Part shown: positions 27,018-36,876 of the stretch, piece after piece | Layout: every line of letters begins with the position of its first letter | How positions within the stretch are numbered: position 1 is the stretch's first letter | Virus record (IMG/VR): IMGVR_UViG_3300022918_000112 | Span: 1 to 60,112 of that record | Reading direction: 5' to 3' (one strand) | From: a virus | Taxonomy: Duplodnaviria; Caudoviricetes | DNA length: 60,112 bases | Translations under genes and position numbers: made by a program | The notes under the pieces: model-generated | The model's input: the letters and a program-made list of their open reading frames with translations, nothing else | The model's database searches: none | What the model was told of the DNA's origin: nothing

Positions 27018-30000
27018 CAGGCCCTCCCGTTAACGTTGCGAAAACTGACACCGCCAGCGCGCCAAGACTCAGCCACGGCTCTCTCTGCCGCCACCTTCAT
27101 CTGTGTTTGAAGGTTCTGCTGAAGCGCTTGCTGATCGATCTGCATGCCTTCCGAGCTGCGATCTGGAATCGCTACGGTGACCGGTGCGTAGATGCTGATG
27201 TTTGATCCGCTGCTGTCACCGCTCAGCGCACGCACGCCGAGATGACCGCCGGCTGTCCGGGTCAGCGGCATGATCGCCTCCGGCCCGGCCTCGCCCATCA
27301 GTCCTGCGCCCTTGGCGAACGGGAAGATGGTCGGAGAGCTGACCACGCTGTTCGAGTAGGCGCTCAGGCCTGGCGTATCGAAGACGTTGCCCTTGGCGCT
27401 GGCCACCGGCGTAAAGCCTGAAAGGTCGCCGCTGTAGCCTGTCTGAGTAGATCCCGCCGAAGCGGCGGTACCGCTGCCAGTGAAATAACTGGTGGCGGCC
27501 CCGACCAAGCTACCCAGCAACGCCGAACTGGCCTGCCGAGTAGCTATGCGCGCCATGTCTGCAATGATCGACTTCGCGAAATCGCCGAACGAAGCCTTCC
27601 CAGTCATGGCGAAGTTGACGATCGCGTCTTCCATCGAGCTGAAGGCGTTGCTGAACAAGCTTTTCGTCTGTCCGGCAACATCCCGCGCCGACTCCAGGTA
27701 GTTCTGCCACGCCGACGATGCGCCGGCGCTCCAGTCGCCCTGGGCAGCGGTCATCTCGTCGTAGTTGGATTGCACGGTGTCGTGCAGATCCTGCTGGGTG
27801 GTTTTCAGCGCGGCTAGCTTCTGGGTGTACTCGTCAAGGCTCATGCCTCGAGAGCCGTCGCCGTACTGGTTGGCCAGTTCAAGGCTCTGCTGATTGAAGC
27901 GGTCATCGATACCGTTCTGCTGATCCGTCAGCCCGCGCTGGCGATCACCCTGGCCAAGGCCTGAAGCTGCGCGCATACCCTGCTGCCGAAGTGTCTCGAC
28001 CTGTTGCTGCAGTGCGCTGGTGTACGTGTTGACAGCCAGAGTCTGCTTGCGCAGGCGACCTTCTTCGTTGGTGGCGATGATCGACAGTTCGCTGTCGCTA
28101 TCCTGCTGCGCCTTGACCATGGCGCTGCGGGCATCGGCGATCTTCTGATCGATCTGGATGACCTGCGCCGCGGTTGTGCCCTTTTTTGCCTTGGCCGCTT
28201 CGAGTGCATCGATTTCCGACTGGTAACTCTGGGCAACTTCTTCGGCTTGCTGCTTCAGCAGGCTGACACGTTGCTCGGTGAAGCTGGCCTGAGAGATCAC
28301 CCCGGCCCGCTGCGATGCTTCGAGCTCCTTGTCCGCGTTTTTGTAGTAGGCCAGGGTTTCGGCCAGTGCGTTCTTCGCGCTGTTGAAGCCGGTGGTGTCG
28401 ACGCTACCGGCCGGAGCCTTCGGATCCTTGAACTTGTCGTTGAGGTTCGCCATGTTCTTGGCGACTGCAGCCGGATCAAGTCGGGCGTCGTTCGGGTTGG
28501 TCTTGCGGATATCATCAAGGCTTTTATTGTAATCCTTGATCGCCTCGGCGCGCTTCTGCTCGTTGGTCAGCGAAGACTTGGTGATCGCGTCCACTTTGGA
28601 CATCGCCACGACTGCGCTTTGCTGTGCCTTCGCCTGTTCGCCGTCGTACTTGGCAATGTCAGCTTCAGCGGCCTTCTGGTCCTCCAGCATATTCAGCCGG
28701 TTGCGGTAGAGGTCGATCATTTCCTGCTTGTTTTGAAACAGGCCAACATCCCCAGACTCTGCCCGGGCCAGATCACGCTGAGCCTGCTCAATGTCGGAGC
28801 CGATGTTGCTGCGACCGATGTTTTTCAGGTTGTCAGCCGCACGCGCAACAGCGTTGTAACCCTTCTCCCAAAAGCTTAGGTTTTCAAGGATTCTCGGCGT
28901 GCGCTCGTTGATGGCGTCCGCGTATTGCTCGGTCGCCAGCTTCACAGCACCTGCGTGGTCGCCCTGCTCCTCCAGTGCTGCGATCTGCGAATAAACCGAG
29001 GCGGTCAGGTAGTGGTACTGCTCGTTTAGTGCGGCAGATGCCTTCACCGGATCGTCGGCAAGCTTCGAGAACTCGGCGACGGTTTCGCTGACGGCCTTAC
29101 CCGTCGCTTCCTGCATGGAAACGGCGGCCTGGGTGACGCCAGTGAAACTCTCGCCCGCGATCTTGCCGTTGCCAGCCAGCAGTGCGAGAACAGCAGCAGC
29201 TTGGCCAGTGGTGCCCACGGTCGCGCTGACCTGCCGGGCCATTTCGCCCAACTGCCCGGACGATACACCGGCGACGTTGCCAGTGAGGACCAAGCCCTTG
29301 TTGTATGCGTCCTGCTCCTCGCTGCCTTTGTAATAGGCAACGGCCAGTGCGCCGACGGCGGCAGTGGCCAGTGCGATCGGCGCGAGGATGGCAAGCAAAC
29401 CAGCAGCTGATGAACCTGCACCTGCGCCCAGTTGAGCTACGGCGCGCACGCCGCTACCCCAATCACCGGACGACAATGCGTTGCCGAGCTGAACGACGTT
29501 TTCCTGCGCCTGGCGGGAGCCGAGCTTCAGCCGGTCGAAACCGGTGGCGGTTTTCTCCAGCGCCGCATAGTTGCCGTCGATCTTGCTCAAGGCCGCGTTG
29601 TACTGGTCCTGGCTGATCCGGCCTGCGTCGAGGTGCTTGCCCAACTGCTCGACTTGGGTGTCGAGCTTGCCCATGGCTGCGCGTGCCGGGTCGATTGCTC
29701 CAAGCAGGCTGTTCAGGGCCTTCTGCTCATCCAGCGTCGACTTGGCCAGGGCCACCTGCTGCTTATCGAGCTGCGCGGTGATCTTGGTGAACTCGGCCTC
29801 GCCATAAGCGCCAGTCTTGGTGAGTTTCGCCAGGCTCTCGCGCTGCTTTGCCAGTTCCTGCGTGGTGGTCGCGCCTTTCGACAACGACTTCTCCAGCGCT
29901 TCCATCTCTTTCATCAGGCCAACGGCGGATTGCTCTGCACGCTCGCCGGACTTGGTCAGCTTGTCGAGATCGGTCGCAGCCTGGGCAGCATCAGCGGAGT

Positions 30001-30031
30001 CGACCTTGATGCCGAGTTCTGCAATGTTCAT
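27017..30031 (-). CDS. Tail tape measure protein
   Basis: 1004 aa Ala-rich helical; DPVKAS, MGEAGPEAIMPL. Confidence 0.93.
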   Translation of the reverse strand: MNIAELGIKVDSADAAQAATDLDKLTKSGERAEQSAVGLMKEMEALEKSLSKGATTTQELAKQRESLAKLTKTGAYGEAEFTKITAQLDKQQVALAKSTLDEQKALNSLLGAIDPARAAMGKLDTQVEQLGKHLDAGRISQDQYNAALSKIDGNYAALEKTATGFDRLKLGSRQAQENVVQLGNALSSGDWGSGVRAVAQLGAGAGSSAAGLLAILAPIALATAAVGALAVAYYKGSEEQDAYNKGLVLTGNVAGVSSGQLGEMARQVSATVGTTGQAAAVLALLAGNGKIAGESFTGVTQAAVSMQEATGKAVSETVAEFSKLADDPVKASAALNEQYHYLTASVYSQIAALEEQGDHAGAVKLATEQYADAINERTPRILENLSFWEKGYNAVARAADNLKNIGRSNIGSDIEQAQRDLARAESGDVGLFQNKQEMIDLYRNRLNMLEDQKAAEADIAKYDGEQAKAQQSAVVAMSKVDAITKSSLTNEQKRAEAIKDYNKSLDDIRKTNPNDARLDPAAVAKNMANLNDKFKDPKAPAGSVDTTGFNSAKNALAETLAYYKNADKELEASQRAGVISQASFTEQRVSLLKQQAEEVAQSYQSEIDALEAAKAKKGTTAAQVIQIDQKIADARSAMVKAQQDSDSELSIIATNEEGRLRKQTLAVNTYTSALQQQVETLRQQGMRAASGLGQGDRQRGLTDQQNGIDDRFNQQSLELANQYGDGSRGMSLDEYTQKLAALKTTQQDLHDTVQSNYDEMTAAQGDWSAGASSAWQNYLESARDVAGQTKSLFSNAFSSMEDAIVNFAMTGKASFGDFAKSIIADMARIATRQASSALLGSLVGAATSYFTGSGTAASAGSTQTGYSGDLSGFTPVASAKGNVFDTPGLSAYSNSVVSSPTIFPFAKGAGLMGEAGPEAIMPLTRTAGGHLGVRALSGDSSGSNISIYAPVTVAIPDRSSEGMQIDQQALQQNLQTQMKVAAERAVAESWRAGGVSFRNVNGRA

Positions 30032-30058
30032 CGACGCACCTTGAATAAGTGCCCGTCT

Positions 30059-30388
30059 TCACGGGCTGTTGTCACGGGCTTGGGCCATGACCGCGATGGC
30101 TTCCGATTCCATTACGCGGATGTCCTGAAACACACCTGGGCGATCCCTCGCCGAAACACCGACGAGCCTCATCACGTTCGGAAGGACGCCATAATCGAGT
30201 CCAGTTGCGCCGCATGCGCCTGTGCGCCACTGAGTCCCCATCGAATCCATGACGAGGAAGGCCTTCCAGTTGTCCGGCCAAACTTCGAAGGTTTCGTCGT
30301 AGTCCTCTGGCGAGAAGCCGAACATCGCCATTTGCTCGGCGTCGCCGTCGGCCTCATAGAGCGCGCGGGCAGCGGCGGTCAGTTTCCC
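30059..30388 (-). CDS. Tail chaperone T segment, reached by -1 frameshift from G
   Basis: GGGAAAC slippery site at 30382-30388; -1 frame is open (KLTAAARALYE...) into TQWR...GLDY. Confidence 0.8.
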   Translation of the reverse strand, partial: GKLTAAARALYEADGDAEQMAMFGFSPEDYDETFEVWPDNWKAFLVMDSMGTQWRTGACGATGLDYGVLPNVMRLVGVSARDRPGVFQDIRVMESEAIAVMAQARDNSP

Positions 30389-30762
30389 AGACGGGCCTTG
30401 CCGAAGGCTTCGCTGTAGGCCTTCACCACGGCATCTGAAACACCGACGCAGCTCTTCACCAGGGCTGTGATCGACTCATCGTTGAGCTTTTCGCCGAAGC
30501 CCCACGAAATAACCAAATCCCTGATCTGATCGACACCTTGCTCGACTTCAGCCGCAGTGATTTCCGCGAGTGCTGGTTCAGTTCCTTTGAAGCGCTCCCC
30601 GAGCTCTTCCGCTTTTGCCTTCCAGGCATCGAACAGCTCAGCCAGTGCCGTGCGATCACGATACTTGAAGGTGAACGGCACCATTGCCGGCCTGTCGCCA
30701 ACCTGCGGGATGGCCACATCGACGGTGAACGTCGGCTTTGGCGCAATCGAAAACTTTGCCAT
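30379..30762 (-). CDS. Tail assembly chaperone G
   Basis: PTF...FTFKYR, ends ARLGN. Confidence 0.85.
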   Translation of the reverse strand: MAKFSIAPKPTFTVDVAIPQVGDRPAMVPFTFKYRDRTALAELFDAWKAKAEELGERFKGTEPALAEITAAEVEQGVDQIRDLVISWGFGEKLNDESITALVKSCVGVSDAVVKAYSEAFGKARLGN

Positions 30763-30771
30763 GTGGACCCC

Positions 30772-31419
30772 TTAGGCGTTGTAGCGAGTTGGGCGGGAGG
30801 CGAACGACAGCGTGATGGTCCGCGTCATGATGTTGTTGCGGCTCAGCGTCGGGGTCGCGGTGATCGACACGTACGTGTAGTAGTAAATGGTCGCGCCGCC
30901 CGGTAGGTTTGCACGGACCAGACGCGGCTCTTTATCTTCGTCCGCAGCCTCGACAATCGCGACGTACGCCTGAGCCGGATCATCAGCAACCGGCAGCGTC
31001 ATGCTGCTGGCCGACTTGGTGGTGGGCAGTTGACGGTCATCATCGTCTTCGAGGAAGCCGTACGTGAGGAACTGCTGCTCGCCGCCGTTGGCAGCTGGCT
31101 CAGTGATTTGCGCGATCTGCGTCCAGCCAGAAGCGGCCCGGACAGTGCCTGCACCAGAGCCAGCCGGGTAACTCTTCACGCTGCTTGTATCCACGCCTTC
31201 AGCCGCGAAGTCGGCCACATCGGAATCAATCACTCGCGCAGGACGGCCGTTCAGCTTCGCCCACGCCGAATCAATGACGACCACGTCGCCATTGGCCAGG
31301 CCGTGCGCGGCAGCGGTCAGCACTGCGGGCTTGGCGTTACTGATTGCAGTGAAAGGTTTCGCGAGGCTCAGCGTGGACGCGATCTCGAACGTGGTGCCGT
31401 TGGGAATCTTGACACTCAT
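30772..31419 (-). CDS. Major tail tube protein
   Basis: IPNG start, ISNAKPAV, GGEQQF; GAGGA RBS. Confidence 0.85.
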   Translation of the reverse strand: MSVKIPNGTTFEIASTLSLAKPFTAISNAKPAVLTAAAHGLANGDVVVIDSAWAKLNGRPARVIDSDVADFAAEGVDTSSVKSYPAGSGAGTVRAASGWTQIAQITEPAANGGEQQFLTYGFLEDDDDRQLPTTKSASSMTLPVADDPAQAYVAIVEAADEDKEPRLVRANLPGGATIYYYTYVSITATPTLSRNNIMTRTITLSFASRPTRYNA

Positions 31420-31489
31420 GGGTTTTCCTCTTTGCAGAAATGACAAAACCCGCTCAATGGCGGGTTCTGGGTTTGCCCAACGGGCTAAT

Positions 31490-31906
31490 TCAGTTGGTGT
31501 CGGCTCGGTACAAGAACGAAACCGGCACCGTATAGGTGGTGTCGTCTGGAATGCCGGGACCGGGATCGACCGGTGTCATAGTCATAACGGTCAATGCGCC
31601 CTTCGTGTTCCGCTCGTACAGGGGGAACAGCGCGGCGATCTGATCAGCCAGCGCACCGGCTGCACCGCGGTACTTGCCCGATGGCGTGACGATGCTGACC
31701 TGAAACACGCCGGTGTACAGCTTGTGGTCACCGCCAAGCGTGTTGCTCGCGGTGTCCGCTGGCAGCGTGAACGCCTTCAGGTAGGAGGCGCCGTCGACGG
31801 GCGTGAAAGCCTCGTTCTCGACGACGACCTTCAGCGGTACCGGCAAGGCTTTCGCCCAGTTGATCAGCTTGGCCTCGTAGATTGAGGCAATGATGTTGTG
31901 ACTCAT
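31490..31906 (-). CDS. Tail terminator-like protein
   Basis: GVFQVSIV...G.G; synteny before tube protein. Confidence 0.75.
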   Translation of the reverse strand: MSHNIIASIYEAKLINWAKALPVPLKVVVENEAFTPVDGASYLKAFTLPADTASNTLGGDHKLYTGVFQVSIVTPSGKYRGAAGALADQIAALFPLYERNTKGALTVMTMTPVDPGPGIPDDTTYTVPVSFLYRADTN

Positions 31907-32499
31907 ATCTGGTTGTTCCTGATGGCCTCTTGCACGATCTGCTGGAAGCGGGCCACGGTGATGCGGACCATGCCGCCGGGTGCCTGGGTCGAATGCCCGA
32001 ATTCCAGCGGGATGGCGTACGGTAGGTTGTTGATGAGGTAGGCAGTTTGTCCGGCGGTGAAGTCGCTGACAGCCGAAACCAGTGCAGCGATTGTTGCTTG
32101 CCCACCTGGATCAACCTCGTCAAAGGTCACGTTTTCCACTACATCGATCGAGAGGTGCCAGTTGGCCCGGAACCGGCCGCCGACATAGCCTTCAGGGGCA
32201 ACGATATCCATGCCGTCGTTCAGCTTGCGACCCGGCTTGAGGCGACCCGCTTTCGTCAGGTTGGCTGGATCGCTGCGTAGAGCACTGTTGTGCTCGTCCA
32301 CGGCCTTGTTGTACTGATGGGCCACAGTGTTCTGCGCCCAGATCTCAGGGTTGCCCACCGGTGACATCCGGATGACGCTGCTACCGACCTCGATGATGAT
32401 CTCGCGCAGACTGGCGTCGATGGCTTCCGTGGCTTGGGCCGCAAACTCGGCAAGGCTCAGCGCGAAACTGCCGGATTGGCCGGCGCGATTGTTTGCCAT
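31903..32499 (-). CDS. HK97 gp10-like tail completion protein
   Basis: SPV, GRFRANW, NNLPYAIPLEFGHSTQAPGGMV. Confidence 0.85.
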   Translation of the reverse strand: MANNRAGQSGSFALSLAEFAAQATEAIDASLREIIIEVGSSVIRMSPVGNPEIWAQNTVAHQYNKAVDEHNSALRSDPANLTKAGRLKPGRKLNDGMDIVAPEGYVGGRFRANWHLSIDVVENVTFDEVDPGGQATIAALVSAVSDFTAGQTAYLINNLPYAIPLEFGHSTQAPGGMVRITVARFQQIVQEAIRNNQI

Positions 32500-32501
32500 C
32501 T

Positions 32502-32891
32502 TCAAACCCTCAACTGGACTGTCCAGGTAGCGCCGACCGGGTCCTGGCTGACGTTCAAAGCGCGCTTACCGCCGATGACATCGCCTATTTCTGGAACTGC
32601 AAGAATTGCTGTCGAAGCACCCAAAAACGTGATGAACAGCTCGTTCTGGAGTACCAGAAGCTTTTCGTCAGTTGTCTGGATCAGCGAGCCGTCGATTTCC
32701 TTGGCCAGGTAGCTGCCGAACACTCCACGGCCGCCGTAGGTGATGGTCACTTCGGGCGCTGTGCCAGTGTCGGGGTCGTATTCACCCGCCACCTTCCGAA
32801 TGCCAGCTACCGGCTTTACGGCATCTGCCAAACCATCAGGATCGTCGAAAGCCTCGACCATCTCAGCCTGAATCTCGTCGCGCATGCCCAT
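32502..32891 (-). CDS. Head-closure / head-tail protein
   Basis: GEYDPDTG, IDGSLI, DPVGATW; synteny. Confidence 0.7.
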   Translation of the reverse strand: MGMRDEIQAEMVEAFDDPDGLADAVKPVAGIRKVAGEYDPDTGTAPEVTITYGGRGVFGSYLAKEIDGSLIQTTDEKLLVLQNELFITFLGASTAILAVPEIGDVIGGKRALNVSQDPVGATWTVQLRV

Positions 32892-32893
32892 GA

Positions 32894-33271
32894 TCAGATC
32901 CTCTTGAGCATCATGACGCCGGAGCGCTTGGTCCAGGGCACCAGCAATGCCAAGGCGAAGTTCTCGCCGGCAGACAGGTCCTTTGACCCGGCCGCATAGG
33001 TCTTGCTCGTCGAGGTGCCAGATTGAGCGGATACCGTCTTGCTGAGGACTTCCTTCTGGGTGGCCTTGTACAGATTGCCCGCTGCCGCCTCGTTGGCGAC
33101 TTGGGCGCCGGCTGTTTTGATCTCAGCCGGAACCGGATCGGGAACAACCCGCTTAATCTTGGCCGTGAGCCAGGCATTCGCCATGCTCACAGCAAGGACC
33201 GGATCACCGGTGCCCGCCCAGCCAGGACCCAGCAGGGTGTCAACGTCGGCAACAGTGATGAAGTCGGTCAT
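32894..33271 (-). CDS. Head-tail adaptor (DnaT-like family)
   Basis: FITVADVD, VPAEIKTA; synteny. Confidence 0.7.
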   Translation of the reverse strand: MTDFITVADVDTLLGPGWAGTGDPVLAVSMANAWLTAKIKRVVPDPVPAEIKTAGAQVANEAAAGNLYKATQKEVLSKTVSAQSGTSTSKTYAAGSKDLSAGENFALALLVPWTKRSGVMMLKRI

Positions 33272-33281
33272 GTGCTTGTCC

Positions 33282-33716
33282 TTATTCCTTTGGCACCAGG
33301 GCCTGAAGGTCTTCTTTCAATGCGGAGGCATCGAACGCGATGCCCTTGCCGGTCAGCCACTCTTTCAGGTCGGCGACCTTCATTTTCAGCGGGTCGGTTT
33401 CGGGGTTGGCCTGGCCCTTTATGGCTTCCGCAATTTCTTCCGGCGTGCTGCGGGAGACATAGCCTTGCGGCGGGTAGTTGGCTGCCTGATAACCAGCGTC
33501 CATAAACTCGGCGACTGTTGGGCCGTCTTCACGCAACGACGGAGTCTTACCGTCGGTGACGATGATGCCAGCGCGCTTGTAGGCTTCAATGATGTTGGGC
33601 TTGTCGCCGTCCACCATCACTTCCTTTGCCGAACTGATGACCCCGAAGAACTCATTGAGTAGGCGATAGCAAACCTCAGGCTCGTTGCCCGGCTTGTCGG
33701 TGTAGATAACCTTCAT
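33282..33716 (-). CDS. Head accessory protein with C-terminal HeH/LEM-like motif
   Basis: DGPTVAEF; MKVADLKEWL...KEDLQAL. Confidence 0.7.
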   Translation of the reverse strand: MKVIYTDKPGNEPEVCYRLLNEFFGVISSAKEVMVDGDKPNIIEAYKRAGIIVTDGKTPSLREDGPTVAEFMDAGYQAANYPPQGYVSRSTPEEIAEAIKGQANPETDPLKMKVADLKEWLTGKGIAFDASALKEDLQALVPKE

Positions 33717-33767
33717 GATTCTCTCCGTGTCGACTGGGGCGCCGCGAAGCGCCCCGCCGAGGTTGGC

Positions 33768-34745
33768 TTACGGGGTGGCGGTGCCGCTGATTACGGCAGC
33801 GAAAGGAACCTGCTTGCGGTCGAAGACACGTTCCCAGTTTGCCGCTGCGGCGTACTGCGCGGCAGTCGGGCTGAGGTTCTGATTGGTGCTGCCCTTCCAG
33901 CTGAAGCCGGCTGGTTGCAGGATGAGCGTCTTCCGCTCCCACAGCACCTCCGCACCGCCGCCGTTACCGCCGGAAGCTTTGCGCTCCAGCTCGACAGGCA
34001 CGGTTGGATTGCCTTCACCGTAGCCGAAAGCGCCTTGACCGAAGAAGACTGACAGGTAGCGACCAGGGCCGTAGACGAGGCTGTCGTCCATGAACACCGG
34101 CTTGCCGAGATAGGTAGCCAGGATGATCTTGCCGTCGGAGTCGCGCAGGTACTCAATGAGATCCTGCTTGACCATCTGGTTCATCACAACCGAGTGCACG
34201 CCAATAGCAGCAAACACATCAGCAGCATCACCCGAAGTGAAAGCAGCATCTTGGAACGCGCCGGCGCTGATGGTCGCGCCCGCATCGACAACCATGTCAC
34301 CGGCATCATTCAAGATGTTCGAAGCGATCACGCCACGGGCTGCACCGAGCAGGTAACGCTGCCAACGGCGAGTCCAGTAGGTACCGAAGCGGTTGCGGAT
34401 GTGCTGCATCGGTTCGGAGTTGGCGAGCTCCGAGGTCAAATCCGCTACGCCGTAACCTTTGTTGAGGTACAAAGTGCGGGCACGCATGCTGCCTTGCTCG
34501 GCCTTGCCAACTTCACCCAGGTCATCCGGGTTGTCGTTGGAGATGTTCGGTTCTTCGTCAGCGTCCAGGTCCTGCCAGTAGCTGATTTCCGAAGTGCCCT
34601 GGCCGTTCTGCGCAATGGCATCAAGCTCGGGGGATTTGGTGATGATGCCCGACTCAAAGACAGCGGTCTTTTCCGGGGAGTTGACCGGCGCCAGAGCGCC
34701 GTAGTAATCGGCGACGAAGATGTCTGCCAGCTGGGTAGTTGCCAT
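33768..34745 (-). CDS. Major capsid protein
   Basis: 325 aa after scaffold; VFESGI, VHSVV, VFMDD, NWERV. Confidence 0.88.
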   Translation of the reverse strand: MATTQLADIFVADYYGALAPVNSPEKTAVFESGIITKSPELDAIAQNGQGTSEISYWQDLDADEEPNISNDNPDDLGEVGKAEQGSMRARTLYLNKGYGVADLTSELANSEPMQHIRNRFGTYWTRRWQRYLLGAARGVIASNILNDAGDMVVDAGATISAGAFQDAAFTSGDAADVFAAIGVHSVVMNQMVKQDLIEYLRDSDGKIILATYLGKPVFMDDSLVYGPGRYLSVFFGQGAFGYGEGNPTVPVELERKASGGNGGGAEVLWERKTLILQPAGFSWKGSTNQNLSPTAAQYAAAANWERVFDRKQVPFAAVISGTATP

Positions 34746-34748
34746 GGA

Positions 34749-35480
34749 TTAGGTTCCTTTGGTGGCCAAGAGTTTTTTGAACTGCTCGGGGTTGTCACGG
34801 GCAAGCGCAGCGCGCTCGGTTTCCGTGTACTCACCCCACTTCTTCGTGGCCTTGCCACCTTGATCGCCGGTCTGACCGGCACCCTGAGCCCTTGGCCACA
34901 GGTGTGTTGCTGTTTCGCGCAGCGATTCCGCCCATTCGAGCGGCGTCAGCGGGGTTTTCCCGTCCTTCCCGTAAACGACCTCGCCGTCAGTGGCAATCGC
35001 CTCGCCGTCTTCACTTAGTTTGAAAGTACCCCGGGCGCGCAGGATAATGTCCTCGGCAGCCTCGGGGAGCGCGCCGGCCTTGATGGCAGCGGCGCGAATG
35101 GAGTCGGCCAGTACCTTGTCGCTGTACTTGGCAGCGAAGGCCTCGGCCTTGTCGGCTCGGGTCTTCTCGGCGGCCAGCTTGGTGTCGTAGTCCGTGCGCA
35201 GGCGCTCGGTACGCTTGGTGATGACCTCGTCGAGCTTGCCCTCAGCCAGCAACCGAGTTTCCTCGTCCTGGCCAACCTTGTTCAGTAGGCCCTTGACGGC
35301 CTCGATGTCCAATCCTTCGAACTGGGTTTTGAAACCATCCAATTCGGTCTTGGTGGTTCTGAGCGAGCCAAGCAGCTCGGTATTTTTGTTCTTGAGGCCC
35401 AGCGTTGCGGCTTCAACTGCTGCCGCGATCGCGGTTTTTACCGCCGGGTCTTCAAGATCAATCTGGTTTTCGTCTGCCAC
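34749..35480 (-). CDS. Capsid scaffolding protein
   Basis: GLKNKNTELL coiled coil, HLWP..GAG; GTG 35480. Confidence 0.8.
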   Translation of the reverse strand: MADENQIDLEDPAVKTAIAAAVEAATLGLKNKNTELLGSLRTTKTELDGFKTQFEGLDIEAVKGLLNKVGQDEETRLLAEGKLDEVITKRTERLRTDYDTKLAAEKTRADKAEAFAAKYSDKVLADSIRAAAIKAGALPEAAEDIILRARGTFKLSEDGEAIATDGEVVYGKDGKTPLTPLEWAESLRETATHLWPRAQGAGQTGDQGGKATKKWGEYTETERAALARDNPEQFKKLLATKGT

Positions 35481-35599
35481 TTGGTGCACCCCTTGGGTTT
35501 GGTCGGCCCGCTTTGCAGGCATAAAAAAACCCCGGCATGGCCGAGGTCAGTTGTTGATAGTGTCTAATGTTTTTTCCATACGTTGCTGCTTGCGAAACT

Positions 35600-36373
35600 T
35601 CAATCGGCTGGAGTTTCACCATCGGGCGCACTACAGAGATTCCTGTATTGCTGAAACTCTTTTCTGAGAGATTCTCTATCCCTACTCCATACCTCTCGCT
35701 GTTCAGCTTCAATCAGAGAAAAGAAAGAACGCATTAACTCAGGGGGCAGTGGGTGTCTAAGATCAGCGTGTGCAGTCCTAAGCAGCAAGCAAGCATGGCG
35801 CTCTCCGCATAATTTCAATTCAGAAAAATACTTTTCAGCTGCTTGCGGGTTGTACCGATCTAACACGACGTTCCGCTTAGCCAATTCAGCTGTAGATAAC
35901 TCAACCAATACTAGGGCTAATCGCCGATATTCGCCCCTTTTCACATCGACTAAAGTTGATACGTCCCCCCTATCCAGCTTCGTAGGAAACGAAAAGCCCA
36001 ACCTTGGAAAGCTCGAGAGCTCATATCGCTGTTTTTCATCAAATAAAATTGACGCAGAAAGAACGGTAGAGGGAATTATCCCATCCGAAACTATTTGTAT
36101 TTTAAAAAACCATTCCCCCTGCTCAAGTAGTATGCGGCATCGGGCTCTCTCTTTTTCCTGCTGTCTGTGAAATTGAATGAGTGCAAAGCCCACTGCAAGC
36201 AATGCGCCTAAACCAGACACCCACCCTCCCAGCATGGAGAGGACAGGTACAGTCTCGGTAATAAAGTTGCTGTGATTATTTCCCAGTCCAAATGACAAGC
36301 CTAACAAAAAGGCAAGCCCGAACATTGCGACTAGCGCAACGAGCCAAAGCATCCAACGCAGCAATCTAAACAT
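35600..36373 (-). CDS. Membrane-anchored moron protein
   Basis: Two N-terminal TM segments, AT-rich, inside the head operon. Confidence 0.7.
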   Translation of the reverse strand: MFRLLRWMLWLVALVAMFGLAFLLGLSFGLGNNHSNFITETVPVLSMLGGWVSGLGALLAVGFALIQFHRQQEKERARCRILLEQGEWFFKIQIVSDGIIPSTVLSASILFDEKQRYELSSFPRLGFSFPTKLDRGDVSTLVDVKRGEYRRLALVLVELSTAELAKRNVVLDRYNPQAAEKYFSELKLCGERHACLLLRTAHADLRHPLPPELMRSFFSLIEAEQREVWSRDRESLRKEFQQYRNLCSAPDGETPAD

Positions 36374-36376
36374 CAG

Positions 36377-36868
36377 CTATTCCTTAGCCACTAAGTGCAA
36401 GCCGCGCATTTTAAGGTAATCCGCAAACTGCGTCCTACTCGGCGCGTATGGCGGCGGGCGCATTCGAAGTCCTGGTGTATCGCGATTCAGTCGCGACCGC
36501 CGGCCGTTTGGCTCAGTGCAGTACGTCGGCTCTTCGATCTGGAATCCCTGGTCGTCAGCGTGAAGCTCGACGGCTAGCCGCACTTGGCCCCACTCAATCT
36601 CAAAGGGCACGAACGTCTCGGACAGCGTCTGGTACTCGATCTTGCAGTCACGCCGGGGCCAAGCCATTCCCTGCTCGGGATTGGCCTTGCGGCCCTTCCA
36701 CTGGCGGGCGTTGATGTCTGCCGCAGCGCGTAGCAGCAGCGCGACCTGATCCTCGGTCACTTCAGGTATCCGAAAACCATAATAGTCGCGGTAGAAGATC
36801 AGCTTCTCCAACGGCACGAAGCTGTTGGCTCCCGGCCTGCCCTGCCCGTCTTCGACAATGATCTGCAT
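36377..36868 (-). CDS. DnaT-like family protein (second, divergent copy)
   Basis: IIVEDGQG..GANSFV, WKG..Q.MAWPR. Confidence 0.7.
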   Translation of the reverse strand: MQIIVEDGQGRPGANSFVPLEKLIFYRDYYGFRIPEVTEDQVALLLRAAADINARQWKGRKANPEQGMAWPRRDCKIEYQTLSETFVPFEIEWGQVRLAVELHADDQGFQIEEPTYCTEPNGRRSRLNRDTPGLRMRPPPYAPSRTQFADYLKMRGLHLVAKE

Positions 36869-36876
36869 CGGTCATC

